From contig NC_042997.1 of assembly GCF_006345805.1 (NCBI RefSeq), positions 188,852,001 to 188,916,000 of the forward strand: a DNA stretch of 64,000 nt, in the 5' to 3' direction. This document shows positions 36,637 to 50,062 of this stretch, one piece after another. The first letter of the stretch is position 1; every line of letters begins with the position of its first letter. A program made the translations under genes and the position numbers. The notes under the pieces were generated by a model. It did no database searches. It was given only the letters and a program-made list of their open reading frames with translations, and was not told where the DNA came from. The stretch comes from Octopus sinensis (lineage: Eukaryota).

Positions 36637-36674
36637 CTGTTACTCAGAGTTTCACGTTCCTGTTTGTCAGACAG
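36637..36674 (-). ncRNA. 38-nt minimal hammerhead with CpG-type decay
   Basis: CTGT-CTGACAA-ACAGGAACGT-GAAA-CTCTGA-GTA-ACAG; two G>A changes from canonical. Confidence 0.55.
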
Positions 36675-36989
36675 TTCTAGTTGAGAATAGAACAAAAAAA
36701 AAAAAAGGTTATATGCATAAATATACATATACAATTACATTGATAGATGCACATTTCAAAATTGGTTTTGTTTCATTGGTCTTTTCAACTAACGGTCTCT
36801 TCAATCACCGGTTATATGAAATTAAAATTAAAATTATGATTTTAAATCATATTTAAAATCGAAGAAAACCTTAACTCAAAAATTAGCTTTAGTAGGAGAA
36901 AAAACTTGTATACCCAGGATAAATTAATTAATGGTAAAATAAATTTAAATTTATGTCATTTATAATAAAAATATTCATTTACAAAGAAC

Positions 36990-37400
36990 AGGCGCAGGAG
37001 TGGCTGTGTGGTAAGTAGCTTGCTAACCAACCACATGGTTCCGGGTTCAGTCCCACTGCATGGCATCTTGGGCAAGTGTCTTCTGCTATAGCCCCGGGCC
37101 GACCAATGCCCTGTGAGTGGATTTGGTAGACAGAAACTGAAAGAAGCCTGTCGTATATATGTATATATATATATATAAGTGTGTGTGTATATGTTTGTGT
37201 GTCTAGCATTGCTTGACAACCGATGCTGGTGTGTTTACGCCCCCGTCACTTAGTGGTTCGGCAAAAGAGACTGATAGAATATGTACTGGGCTTACAAACA
37301 ATAAGTCCCGGGGTCGATTTGCTCGACTAAAGGTGGTGCTCCAGCATGGCCGCAGTCAAATGACTGAAACAAGTAAAAGAGTAAAAGGGTAAAAGAGTAA
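36990..37400 (+). mobile_element. SINE group A
   Basis: Consensus match. Confidence 0.9.
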
Positions 37401-37624
37401 CTTCATAAAAATAGATATACGTTCAATTGTACATACACAGACCAAAATACCCATACATACATATATACACTAAACATATAAACGTTGGTACATGCCTGCA
37501 TACATATACAACCAGATACAAGCAAAATATATATACAAATGTATATATAGGTATCTACATACATTTATACTCACACATAATGGGTCTCCATGCGTATTTC
37601 TAAATGTACAACTTAGTTACTCTA

Positions 37625-38036
37625 CTCTTACTCTCTTTTACTTGTTTCAGTCATTTGACTGCGGCCATGCTGGAGCACCGCCTTTAATCGAGCAAATCGA
37701 CCCCAGGACTTATTCTTTTGTAAGCCTAGTACTTATTTTATCGGTCTCTTTTGCCGAACCGCTAAGTAACGGGGACATAAACATACCAGCATCGGTTGTC
37801 AAGCAATGCTAGGGGGACAAACACAGACACACAAACACATACACACACATGTATATATATATACATATATACGACAGGCTTCTTTCAGTTTCTGTCTACC
37901 AAATCCACTCACAAGGCTTTGGTCGGCCCGAGGCTATAGTAGAAGACACTTACCCAAGGTGCCACGCAGTGGGACTGAACCCGGAACCATGTGGTTGGTA
38001 AACGAGCTACTTACCACACAGCCACTCCTGCGCCTA
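37625..38036 (-). mobile_element. SINE group A
   Basis: Consensus match, inverted relative to its neighbours. Confidence 0.9.
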
Positions 38037-38340
38037 TTGTTGTTGCAAGCTAGAAAGAAAATTAAAGAGAAAAATGAAGAGGAAAAAGAAAATCAGAAAA
38101 TAATAAGTGGTGGGAGAAAGAAAAAAGAAAGAGAAAATAGAAAGCGAAAGAAGAAATAGAAAGAGAAAATTGAAAGAGAAAAACAGAGAGAGAGAGGAAG
38201 AAAGAGAGGGAGAGAGAGAAAGGATTTGGAAGTTGGTGTTCCCAAACAGTATCTAGCAAATGAAATACTTCTGTAAGCTTGCAAATGCACACATATAAAA
38301 CAGACATGCATATCTACATAAATACATACATATATACAAT

Positions 38341-38492
38341 AGTAAGTAGCTTGCTAACCAACCACATGGTTCCGAGTTCAGTCCCATTGCGTGGCATCTT
38401 GGGCAAGTGTCTTCTGCTATAGCCCCGGGCCGCCCAGTGCCTTGTGAGTGGATTTGGTAGACGGAAACTGAAAGAAGCCTGTCGTATATATG

Positions 38493-38527
<35 letters not shown>

Positions 38528-38725
38528 TTGTCCCCCTAGCATTGCTTGACAACTGATGCTGGTGTGTTTATGTCCCTGTAACTTAGCGGTTCGGCAAAGG
38601 AGACCGATAGAATAAGTATTGAGCTTACAAAGAATAAGTCCCGGGGTTGATTTACTCGACTAAAGGCGGTGCTCCAGCATGGCCGCAGTCAAATGACTGA
38701 AACAAGTAAAAGAGAGTAAAAGAGT
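38341..38725 (+). mobile_element. SINE group A, slightly 5'-truncated
   Basis: Consensus match. Confidence 0.9.
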
Positions 38726-39179
38726 ATATAGACACATACAAATATAAAAATAAACATACATGTAGATATATATATATATCTAAATACATATATTCACATC
38801 AAGATACATATATACACCATAACGTATATATATGCATACAAATATATTAAAACTAATTTATTGAATATTAAAATAAGAAAATAGATATAATATAATTAAG
38901 TGTAATGTAAATACAAATTTAAAACAATATAAATTTAAAATTTAAAATTTAAATATGAAAATGAGTAAAAATGAGTAAAAATTAACCTCGACAAAATTTT
39001 AATTTAAATTGGTAAAACAGTTGAAGACTTTCTTGAAAGTTGAATGTAAAAGATGACGGCGAATTATGTACCAGCATTGTAAAACTATATTTTAGGTGTA
39101 ATAGCCATGTTCAAATGTGAAGGTAAAAAAAATTTTTTCAAAACTCAAAAAATTACCCATACAGTATTTTTTTGGTTGA

Positions 39180-39460
39180 CACTTTAAACCTCGTAGTGTA
39201 CCTGCAGGGATTTAAAGGCTCATGTCTTTGATTCAATGTATGCTTATCCTGGAACAGGATGAAGAGTTTCTCAGAGAAGCACAATTTGCATCTCAGTGGT
39301 CGTCTAGATGCTCCATGTTTATATGGTGTTACTTTCTCCAGAATTGTCCAGCTGATATTGAAAGAATGGGAATCATTTTCCTTCAGTAACCAGACATGTT
39401 TTGCAACATTTGTTGCTGTCTTATTTTCAGGGTATCACAATAAAAGACTCTAGGAGTTAA
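39180..39460 (-). mobile_element. Penelope GIY-YIG C-terminal fragment
   Basis: TATNVAKHVWLLKEN..FNISWTILEKVTPY..RCKLCFSEKLFIL..LNQRHE..PCR. Confidence 0.75.
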
Positions 39461-40377
39461 AACAAATACTGCTTGAAAAACAATATCTATCACTGTTAAT
39501 AGACAATACCATAAAAATAATTGTTTGATGAAAAATTCACTATATGCTATTAAACATAAAAGATGTAATGCAGATTACATAGGTCAAACAAAACTTACTC
39601 TCTGAAATAGACTGACAATTCATCATCAACAAATACAAGAGCCCAGTAGTAGATAGATCCCACTGAGTGGGCACATAGGCATGTGTGCAAAAAATAAGTC
39701 CCCTAAATTTCAAGTCAGTCAATACCACAGATCAAGCAAGAATAAACAAGGAAAATATATCCATACAAAAATACAAACTTTGACAAAGTACATTCACCAA
39801 CAACTACTCACACACGAACTCATTCTGCCACTTGACATGTTGAATTTACACATCCATCAACCTTAGCTTTGGACTCAGTCATGACTTTTCTTGCATGACA
39901 CTAATGCACAAATATAGTGGAGAATAAAATTTTATGTCTTCATAACCATTCAGCCACTGGACTACATACAAACAACTCCTGTCCACTCTACTACTTGACA
40001 GATTAAATTTAGAGAGCCTTGATTGCTTGGGACTGTCACTAGACACATTCACTCAACCATGTCAGCTTTAACTTGACATGATATTAAAGCTTGGACAGAG
40101 GGTGGTGGGCTTACAAAAATCTATAAGCCTAATCACGTGATCATCCTCTGCCAATCAAATTGTATCCTAAGCAGAAACTAATTTGAGCCATGTTCTCTCT
40201 ATAAACGAGAAGTTTCAAACTCTAGTCAGAAGCAAGACAGTTGTGGCATATCACATCTTTCTACCTCAACTTTTGAAAATCAGAAAATCTTGTGAAACTG
40301 GTTAAGCCTTTGAAAACAAACCATCAAAAAGACTCCCTGTGCATTTTCAACTTATTTTTTCTATATATGTGTGTGTG

Positions 40378-40423
<46 letters not shown>

Positions 40424-40424
<1 letters not shown>

Positions 40425-40744
40425 GTGCCGGTGGCACGTAACAAGCACCATCCGATCGTGGCCATTTGCCAGCCTTGCCTGGCCTCCGTGCCGGTGGCAC
40501 GTAAAAAGCACCATCCGACCGTGGCCGTTTGCCAGCCTCGTCTGGCACCTGTGCTGGTGGCACGTAAAAAGCACCCACTACACTCATGGAGTGGTTGGCG
40601 TTAGGAAGGGCATCCTGCCATAGAAACATTGCCAGATCAGACTAGGCCTGGTGCAGCCTTCTGGCTTCCCAGACCCCAGTTGCACCATCCAACCCATGCC
40701 AGCATGGAAAGCGGACGCTAAACAATGATGATGATGATGATGAT
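40424..40744 (+). mobile_element. RTE 3' end following a (TCTA)n tract
   Basis: 3' UTR units and (GAT)n tail; (TCTA)n at 40378-40423. Confidence 0.88.
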
Positions 40745-40763
40745 AGAGAGAGAGATACACACA

Positions 40764-42056
40764 CAGGCTAAATGTGATAATTTTTTAATGTCTTCTTTTT
40801 TCAGGAACAGTTTGATATATTGGTGAACATTCAACTATATAGGAGAACATAAGGATTTAAAGTTGTAACTGAAAAAAAAGTTAGCTGACATGGAGGACTG
40901 AAAGCCATCTGAATATTGGAAAAGTTACCTGTATCATGATGATTCACAACTGGTATCAAAATGCCAACATCATGACTGCTGGTTAGTGCTCTGTGAACAC
41001 TAAAGACTGTAAGGTATAACACGGACACCTGCAACAGAGACTACATATCCATGAGTAGCGGGAAGGGTACAGCAGGCGATCTCAGTGTGTCCATATGTCA
41101 GGATAGATCCAACAACTGTAGGACAAGATGATGAAAGATCTAAGCAAGGGAATCTGGGCTTTGACAAAAGAGATGGGTGTTGGAGTCACCACAATGAAAC
41201 TGGCCCTGAATGCAAATCTTCACTACCACTCATACAGTTGGTGCAAGGGATAAATTCTGACAGCAAAGACCAAGGGGAACTGTTTGACAAGGGCAAAGAA
41301 GCTCTTGAATAAGCAGCAGTATCCTGTTGAGCCAGGGATGATCTGGTTCTTCTCAGATGAAAAGAACTTCTACCAGGACCTGTTGCACAACACCCAGAAC
41401 AACAAGTGGCTTGCCTATTATCCATGTGATGTCCTATGTATCAGGATAACCAAGTTCCTTAAACTGTGATGGTCTTTGGGTGTGTCTTCAGTGAGGGTGA
41501 CATCATACTGCTCTACGTCTTTGAACAGAGTCTTAAGCTCAATTCAGATAGTTATGTAAAGCTGCTGGAAACTGTGGTCAAACCCTAGTTCAAAAGGGTT
41601 GGTGCTGGATGGTCATCTGTGTAGCAGTAGGAATCAGCTACTTGCTATAAATCTGTAAAGAATTGGAAGTGGTTATCAGAGAATTTCTATGACTTCATCA
41701 ACCACAATTTCTGGCCTTCTAATTCCCTTGATTATAACACCATAGATTACTATGTGTAGGGTGCAATTGAGAAAGGCACCAATTGCTTTGCCTGCAACAC
41801 CAAGGCTGAGCTGGTGGCCAAGATCAAGCAGGTGGTCAAAGATCTTCCCAAGGACACAGTAATGAATGTGTATGCCAGGTTCCAGAGCTGTCTCAAGGCT
41901 GTGGTGGAAGGTGAGAGTTGATGCTTTCAATAAACTGTTATCTTTCAGACATAATCAAGTTGATACTTTTTGGTTTTTTAAAATACTTGTATTTTGGGAT
42001 GGAATACTGCTCTCTTTTCCTTTTATGCACACTGTCAAATTTAGCCTGATCATTCT
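40764..42056 (+). mobile_element. Decayed DD37D (maT) transposon
   Basis: WFFSDEKNF, VMVFGCV.SEGD and FWPSNSLDYNTIDYYV motifs; TIR remnant CAGGCTAAAT / ATTTAGCCTG. Confidence 0.85.
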
Positions 42057-42123
42057 ATATATATATATATACACACACACACCACACACACATACATACA
42101 CTCACTGGGTTTTCAGTTTCCAT

Positions 42124-42332
42124 CTCTTTTACTTGTTTCAGTCATTTGACTGTGGCCATGCTGGAGCACCAACTTTAGTTGAGCAAATCGACCCCAGGAC
42201 TTATTCTTTGTAAGCCTAGTACTTATCCTATCAGTCTCCTTTGCCGAACCACTAAGTTACAGGGACGTAAACACACCACCATCGATTGTCAAGCAATGCT
42301 GGAGCAACAAACACAGACACACAAACATATAC

Positions 42333-42367
<35 letters not shown>

Positions 42368-42542
42368 TACATATATACGACGGGCTTTTCTCAGTTTCCG
42401 CCTACCAAATCCACTCACAAGGCTTTGGTCGGCCTGAGGCTATAGTAGAAGACACCTGCCCAAGGTGCTATGCAGTGGGAATGAACCCAGAACCATGTGG
42501 TTGGTAAGCAAGCTACTTACCACACAGCCACTCCTGCGCCTG
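42124..42542 (-). mobile_element. SINE group A
   Basis: Consensus match. Confidence 0.9.
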
Positions 42543-43229
42543 TTAAATCCATTCACATACCTTTGGTTGTCCTAGAGCTATGTAGATGATGCTTGCCTAA
42601 GGTGCTACTCATTGGAATTGAACCTGGAACCATGTGATTGGTTCTAACCCATGGAGTCAAGTATCAAAACAAGTATGCCTATTTAGGATTGAACACATTT
42701 CCTCAAAACTATTGAATGAATAAAAACATTTATACAGTATTACGACTGAATGAATTCAGACAGGTAGTGCAATACCGTTCTAAGAACACAAAGGATTAGA
42801 GTTTAATATGTGTTAAAGAATAGTAAGTGATGTAATTGGCTTGAAAGCTCAAGGAGTAGAAATTATAGAACATCAGATGCTTGATCTGATTCAAAGACAT
42901 CAGGTTAGTTAGATAGTCAAAGAGATCAATAGGAAGATTATAACGATATTTTGGAGACAAAGAAGCAAGTTTGTCATTACATCTGCACTTTGAAAATGAT
43001 GTTATGTCATGTGTAATATTTAGTAAGTTCTTAACATGTAGGAAGTTTGAAACTAACTGGAGCAATGAAATGAGAATATTTATATATCAACAGAATTTTT
43101 GATGATTCTCTCTGATCAATATTCAGCCAGCAGAGTTGTTGTATAGCAATCTTTGACATTATCATGTCTGCATGTTGAATAAACTGGACAGCAACGTTCT
43201 CAACATGTAATTTATTGATGTTTGCTCTA

Positions 43230-43641
43230 CAACTCCAACAAAGAATTACACATATTGAGTCTCTCCAGGTTGAGCTGTTTACTTCTCTGCAATAAGAGGT
43301 CACAACTCCAGTGCCACAGACATGTAATTAGAATGGCACAAGAAAAAAATGCAAGATATATTCTTCAAGCCAAGCCAACTGGTAGGAGACTTAGGGGTAG
43401 ACCAAGAACATAGTCTCTGTTGGTCAGACTTGGGAATCCAACTGGAAAATTTAATAACAGTTACTTCTGATAAGACTCTATGGACTTTACTGTTGATCCA
43501 TGGTGAAGTAGTACACGAACAGTGCAGTGTTGTAACCTGGGCGAGTACGTAGAGAGATGTTGATGTTAGGATGAATGGTGGCGACGGAGGACTTTACTCC
43601 CATGTCCCTCCCAGGAACAGTGGTCAATGAAGATGGATGGG
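43230..43641 (+). mobile_element. Second RTE family (Expander/Rex3-like) 3' fragment
   Basis: RSQLQ..RHVIRM..ILQAKPTGRR.RGRPRT; GAAGATGGATGG tail. Confidence 0.7.
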
Positions 43642-44611
43642 TATTTTGAAAGCAAAGACATACAATTATGAATATATTCTATTTTGCTGAGATGGAGATA
43701 ACAATTCAGAAAACCTTACTAAGATGGTTGTTGAATATTAGTTGTGGGTTTTAATTAGATTCTCAAATATTTCAGAGTAAGGGTGAGTTGTACAATTTTA
43801 TCAGTTTAGTAAAACTATCTTAGATATGGAGACACTATATTGAAGGAAGACATAGAGATTTATGTTTTGAATTCATTGAGCTTAAACATATAGGAATTTA
43901 TCCATCATTTTCTTATATCACATTTTTACTATTTTCTCTTTTATCTGTAGCATACACTTCAGAAAATTCCTCTCCTCTCTATTATATATACATACATTCG
44001 AATGTAGTAGATAACAGCTAACCTTTGGCCGCATTTTGGACCCTGTTGTGTCGACTACTCTGATTGGTTGGTATTGGTGCAATTTTTCTCTTGCCAATAT
44101 GCAACCCAACCAATCGCAGCTCTCAAATAAGGTCACATGTGACAGCCTGTTTTCTACCCAACTTTGAGCCTACAATCCCTTATAAAAACCTAAATTTTCC
44201 TCGTCTCGAGGTCTTTCGGTTCCAGACCTTTTAAGTTCTATCCACTGACCACACAAGATAGCCAGTTCAGCGACAACACAACAGCCACCACGTGGAGACT
44301 CACCAACTTCGTCCAACAGCATTCAGTGACCTCCATCTCCATCACCACCATTCATCCTAAGGTCAACATCTCTCTATGCATTCGCCCAGGTTACAACACT
44401 GCATTGTTTGTGAACTACTTCACCATGGATCAACCGTGAATATACAACCTGCGAGAACTCCTGTACCAAGTGACCCAGGCAGCAGTATTACAGCCACAAC
44501 TTTACGTATAACACATACTGCAACCGGCTCTGCATCATCACCACAACTTCTTGATACAGTATTTCAATTAATGTGTACAATTGACAACGAAATGGTATTT
44601 ATCATTCTTGT

Positions 44612-45201
44612 GTAAAATACCCCAATGCGACCGTACGACAGGCACCCATGCCAACCCCCTTTGCTTGTGAAGACATGTTGGGGCAAGCGAAATCGAAATC
44701 GAATTGAACCAGCCAGGATCCCTGGTCTGGTGGTACGTAAAAAGCACTATCCGACTCGTGGCCGTGGCACGTAAAATACTCCAATGCGACCGTACGACAG
44801 GCACCCTTGCCAACCCCCTTTGCTTGTGAAGACATGTTGGGGCAAGCGAAATCGAAATCGAATTGAACCAGCCAGGATCCCTGGTCTGGTGGTACGTAAA
44901 AAGCACTATCCGACTCGTGGCCCAGCACCGCCTCGACTGGCTTCCGTGCCGGTGGCACATAAAATACACCAATCTGACCGTGGCCGTTGCCAGCCCCGCC
45001 TGGCACCTGTGCAGGTGGCACGTAAAAAGCACCCACTACACTCACGGAGTGGTTGGCGTTAGGAAGGGCATCCAGCTGTAGAAACATTGCCAAATTAGAC
45101 TGGAGCCTGGTGCAGCCTTCTCGCTTCCCAGAACCCCGGTCGAACCGTCCAACCCATGCTAGCATGGAGAATGGACGTTAAACGACGATGATGATGATGA
45201 T
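44612..45201 (+). mobile_element. RTE 3' end with ~155-bp 5' duplication
   Basis: 44612-44763 repeated at 44771-44922; (GAT)n tail. Confidence 0.88.
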
Positions 45202-45403
45202 GTGTCTATGAACTTACTCCTCACTTCGATGGCTACAGACTCTTTCACTGTCTCTTCTTCATCGCCATCCTTATATGTTCTTAACACGTGTACGTCTATG
45301 CTTACATACACATGCATACATCTTATGACATCCTGTCTATTATTCTATATATATAATGCACACACAATCACACATGTTAACATATCAATAAATCTTCTCT
45401 TAA

Positions 45404-45624
45404 CCCTTTCGTTACCAACCCGGCTGAAACCGGCTCTGGCTCTGAGTACAAATGTCTTGTTTTCATAAGTTTTGAATTAAAATCTTCCACTAGACCTTAG
45501 TCACAATTTATGTTCCTAACACTAGCTGAGTGATAACTAAGTTATTTTAATTAAATTCTTTGTTATATTTAAAGTAATTGAAAGGAACACAGAGCATCTC
45601 AAAATAAATATAGTAACGAAAGGG
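45404..45624. mobile_element. piggyBac-like MITE
   Basis: TTAA|CCCTTTCGTTAC...GTAACGAAAGGG|TTAA. Confidence 0.88.
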
Positions 45625-46065
45625 TTAAACATTCTACCCGGTTGAGTCTCTTATCTCCCTCTGGCACATATATGCATTGTTCCATTTATATTTATTGTAT
45701 CGGCCGTGTGATGTACTAAGGAGTCATTCTCGTCTCCTTGCTTTGCACAGACGTCACAAATTGGAGACCCCGTTCCAGCTCCTTGAAACTACAAAACAAT
45801 TATAATGGGAGAAAGAGATACTCCACAGGTATCATAAACCTTCCATTCCATTATAAGTTAGAGGAAGAAGAACAACACTTATGGCTCGTTTCAGGATTTT
45901 CATGACTGGTAATTTGAAGGGAAGGAGTTATCTGTCTTCTGATCAAAGACATGGCCTCAATGTTTGTAATAGAAAGGACTTTGCTAAAGGTAATCAAGAG
46001 CCAGGTAGTGATGTTAAACTAGGCCAGCTCTACACTGTGATAGCAGATTTTAGCTTTTACAGAGT

Positions 46066-46475
46066 TTCTTATTTCTTTATTGCCCACAAGGGGCTAAACA
46101 TAGAGGGGACAGACAAAGGGATTAAGTTGATTACATCACCCCCAGTGCGTAACTGGAACTTAATTTATTGACCCCGAAAGGATGAAAGGCAAAGTCGACC
46201 TCGGCAGAATTTGAACTCAGAATGTAATGGCAGATGAAATACTTATTTCTTTACTACCCACAAGGGGCTAAACACAGAGGAGACAAACAAGGACAGACAG
46301 ATGGATTAAGTCGATTATATCGACCCCAGTGCGTAACTGGTACTTAATTTATCGACCCTGAAAGGATGAAAGGCAAAGTTGACCTCGGCGGAATTTGAAC
46401 TCAGAACGTAACGGCAGACGAAATACTGCTAAGCATTTTGTCTGGCATGCCAACATTTCTGTCAGCTCGCCACCT
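46066..46475 (-). mobile_element. Dimeric group B SINE
   Basis: Full unit plus 5'-truncated unit; TSD TTTTACAGAGTTTCT. Confidence 0.85.
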
Positions 46476-47243
46476 TTTACAGAGTTTCTTTTAACTAAAG
46501 AGTTTCTTTTAACTAAAGTTCACTCATAAGACTTTTGTGGCCCCTAGACTATGGCAGAAAAATACCCTAGTGTTATGTGGTGGATCAACTTCCAAACCTT
46601 GAAGTTACAAAGACTTATTGACACAGCTACACCTGTAATCAAAAATATCATTCTGAGGCCTCAAAAAATTGTAGTTATGTTTCAGTGGTTAGCAAACTGA
46701 AACCCAAACACGTGATAAAAATATCTTAAACTGAGTTGAGTCCAGCAATGTTTATATTAACTGGAAGAGCCTAGAAATAAAAACAGGTCAGTAAGACACT
46801 GGTGTGCCATAAGATAGTGTAAAGACAGCATATTGAAATTCACCCCAGCTGATGATCTATTCTCCAATAAAGAGAGATAGGTTTACATCAAGTCAGTTGA
46901 TCCACTGTCTAGCTTTCCTTCTATTAATATTCAGCAGAATATTTTTACTCAAAGTATGTCAGCCATTTCCATAATCTGTACTTGCCAATGCAATGATTCG
47001 GCTTTCTTGAATTCATCACTTTACCTTACATGTCATGCTGGCTTGTCATCTTACTTAATTTGCCCTTCAAATTCACATTGGACACCAACAGAATGATGCA
47101 CAATTAATCTACTCTTCATCTTACATTATCTGCCCTTCAAATTCATATTGAATACTGGTAAAATAATACTCTCTTAATTTGCCCTTCATTTTACCTAACC
47201 TACCCATCAAATTCGTAATAAATACCAATACAATGATACTTGT

Positions 47244-47748
47244 TTAACCCTTTAGTGTTCACATTATTCTGCCAAAATTAATCCTTTTTTATCCACATTG
47301 TTTTGAACTAATCAGGCATTAATCTTGTAGCTATGAGATTTTGATGAGGTAGCTGTTAATTTTTAAAACGATATTGTAGGGTTGGTGTGAGAGACCAGAT
47401 CTGGCCAGTTTGAACATAAAACAGGCAGACTACTTTGGCCAGATATCATCATCATCATCATCATCGTTTAACGTCCGCTTTCCATGCTAGCATGGGTTGG
47501 ACGGTTCAACTGGGGTCTGGGAAGCCCGAAGGCTGCACCAGGCCAGTCAGATCTGGCAGTGTTTCTATAGCTGGATGCCTTTCCTAACGCCAACCACTCC
47601 GAGAGTGTAGTGGGTGATTTTATGTGCCACCGACACAGGTGCCAGACGAGGCTGGTGAACGGCCACACTCAGATGGTGTTTTTTACGTGCCAGCGGCACG
47701 GAGGCCAGTCAATGCGGTACTGGCTGGTTTAAATGCTAAAGGATTAAT
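47244..47748. mobile_element. TTAA-CCCTT MITE containing an RTE 3' end (47445-47726, minus strand)
   Basis: TTAACCCTTTAG...CTAAAGGATTAA; RTE tail inside. Confidence 0.7.
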
Positions 47749-48369
47749 CCACCCGTCAAATTCACTTTGTGCACCAATAGAATGATGCTCAATTTACTGT
47801 TTTCCATGCTTTACATATTCTGCATCCACTTAAATTCCACTGTCTCACAGCTACACATGTACAAACCATACAATCTAATTCTGTACAAAATAATGAATCT
47901 TTTCTTTTCTTTGAGAACAGTAGTCATTTTTGCATCTTCTAATGACTTCGCCTTCCAAATGCTAAACTGTCTTTGATCTCACTCACAGCATTTAATTGAA
48001 TCACCTGAGAAACAAAAGATCTTTATTTCTTCTCTCAAAGATAATTGAATCTATGAACTACTTTTTCTTTTGTAATCAAATAAAAATAACTAAACATAAA
48101 ATTTGAAGATCAATATGGAAAATATTTTAATATAAATTCAAAAAAGCAAAATTAATATATAAATTTATAAGTTGATATATCTTAGGATTTCATTGTATAA
48201 ATTATTTTTCCAATTATAATGATGAGGAAGATTAAAAAAAAATACAGAATAATTATTTTGTAGGTGAAGTAATACAGATGATTAAATGCAGATAAATTAG
48301 ATGCAGACGATTAAATTGGTCCTTCAAAAAGAAAAAAGAAATGATTAATCTCTTAGGCATGATCAAATG

Positions 48370-48755
48370 AAGGCATGACTGTGTGACTAAGAAGCTTGCT
48401 TTGCAACTTTGGATTCAATCCCGACTGCATGGCACCTTGGGCAAGTATCTTCCTTCAACTATACTTCTGTGCTGACCAATGCCTTGTGAGTGAATTTAGT
48501 GGATGGAATCTGAGTGGATGTCTGTCATGTATGTGTGTGTGTGTGTTTTTAGATTTTTCTGTGTGTTTTTGTATTTGTGTATGTCTCCACCTTCACTGGT
48601 TGATAAACTGGTGTTGGTTTGTTTACATCCACATAATACAGCAGTTTTGCAAAAGAGATTAGTAGAATAAGTGCCAGACTTCAAAAAATTAAGTACCGGA
48701 GTTGATTCCAGCATGTCTGCAGTTCAGTGACTAAAACAAGTAAAAGACAAAAGAA
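48370..48755 (+). mobile_element. SINE group A, old
   Basis: Diverged consensus match. Confidence 0.7.
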
Positions 48756-48959
48756 AAAATATTTCCAAAATAATAATTATGGTTTCTAATCTTGGTACAA
48801 GGCCAGCAATTTTGGGGAAAGGGCTAAGCCGATTAGATCAACTCCAGTACTTTATATTATCGATGCCGAAAGAATGAAAGGCAAAGTTGACCCTAGTGAA
48901 ATTTGAACTCAAAACATAAAGATGGACGAAATGCCGTTTAGCATTTTGCCTGGCAGAGT

Positions 48960-49503
48960 AATTTGATTTTGGCGTCCGTGCTTGCGGGGTGCAAAGAGCA
49001 CTATACCAGTGTGATCATTGACAGAGCGGCTAACCGGCTTCCATGCCAGTGGCACTTAAAAGGCACCATTCGAGTGTGATCATTACCAGCGTCACCTTAC
49101 TGGCACTCGGGCCCCGTGCTAGTAGGGTATTAAGAGCACCATCCGGGCGTGATCATTGCCAGAGCGGCTATCTAGCCTCTGTGCCGGTGGCACGTAAAAG
49201 ACACCATTCGAGCGTGATCGTTACCTGCATCGCATTACTGGCACCTGTGCTGGTGGCATGCGTAAAAGATTCAAACGCGGTCGTTGCCAGAACCGTGTGA
49301 CTGGCCCTGTGCCAGTGGCACGTAAAAGCATCCACTACACTCTCAGAGTAGTTGGCATTAGGAAGGGCATCCAGCTGTAGAAACTCTGCCAGATCAAGAT
49401 TGAAGCCTGGTGCAGCCATCTGGTTTGCCAGCCCGCAGTCAAAATCGTCCAACCCATGCTAGCATGGAAAGCGGACGTTAAACGATGATGATGATGATGA
49501 TGA
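48960..49503 (+). mobile_element. RTE 3' UTR, multi-unit subfamily
   Basis: Same subfamily as 5763-6346; (GAT)n tail. Confidence 0.85.
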
Positions 49504-49767
49504 GTAATGATTCTGCCAGCTCCCCACCTTATAATGGTTTCTAATTTAGACACAAGACCAGAAATTTTGTGGGGAGGGGTATGTCAGTACTATTGACACC
49601 AGTACATGACTGGTACTTTATTTCATTGATCCTGAAAGAATAAGAGGCAAGGTTGACTCCAGTTATATTTGAAGTCAGAATGCAAAGTTCAGAAGAAATA
49701 TTAAAAGAAATACCTTGAAGCATTTTCTTCAACACTAATAATTCTGTCAGTTTACTTACAAGGTTAT

Positions 49768-50062
49768 TTGTTGTTTGTTCCTTCTCAAGCCATGCCTGGC
49801 TCATTAGGGCCGGATTCCCGGTTTCCTTGGCATATAGGTTCCCCACCTGGATGGGATGCCGGTCCGTCGCAGGTGAGCTGCAAGATGCAGGAGGAAAGAG
49901 TGAGAGAAAGTTGTGGCGAAAGAGTCAGCAGAGGTTCCCCATTACCTTCTGCCGGAGTAGGTATTTCGCTCATAAACACACACATCGCCCGGTCTGAGAT
50001 TCGAACCTGCGATTCCTCGGCCGCGAGTCTGCTGCTCTAACCACTAGGCCATGTGCCTCCCC
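49768..50062 (-). mobile_element. SINE group C (V-like body)
   Basis: Reverse complement of 19051-19352. Confidence 0.85.

Larger units (their letters stand above)
44003..45850 (+). mobile_element. Gypsy-type 5' LTR + PBS + gag start, with nested RTE and MITE
   Basis: CCAAT boxes, TATAAAAA, AATAAA, LTR end GTCACA at 45758, PBS TGGAGACCCCG (tRNA-Trp-like) at 45762; left end either 44003 (TGTAG) or 44138 (TGTGAC). Confidence 0.6.
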
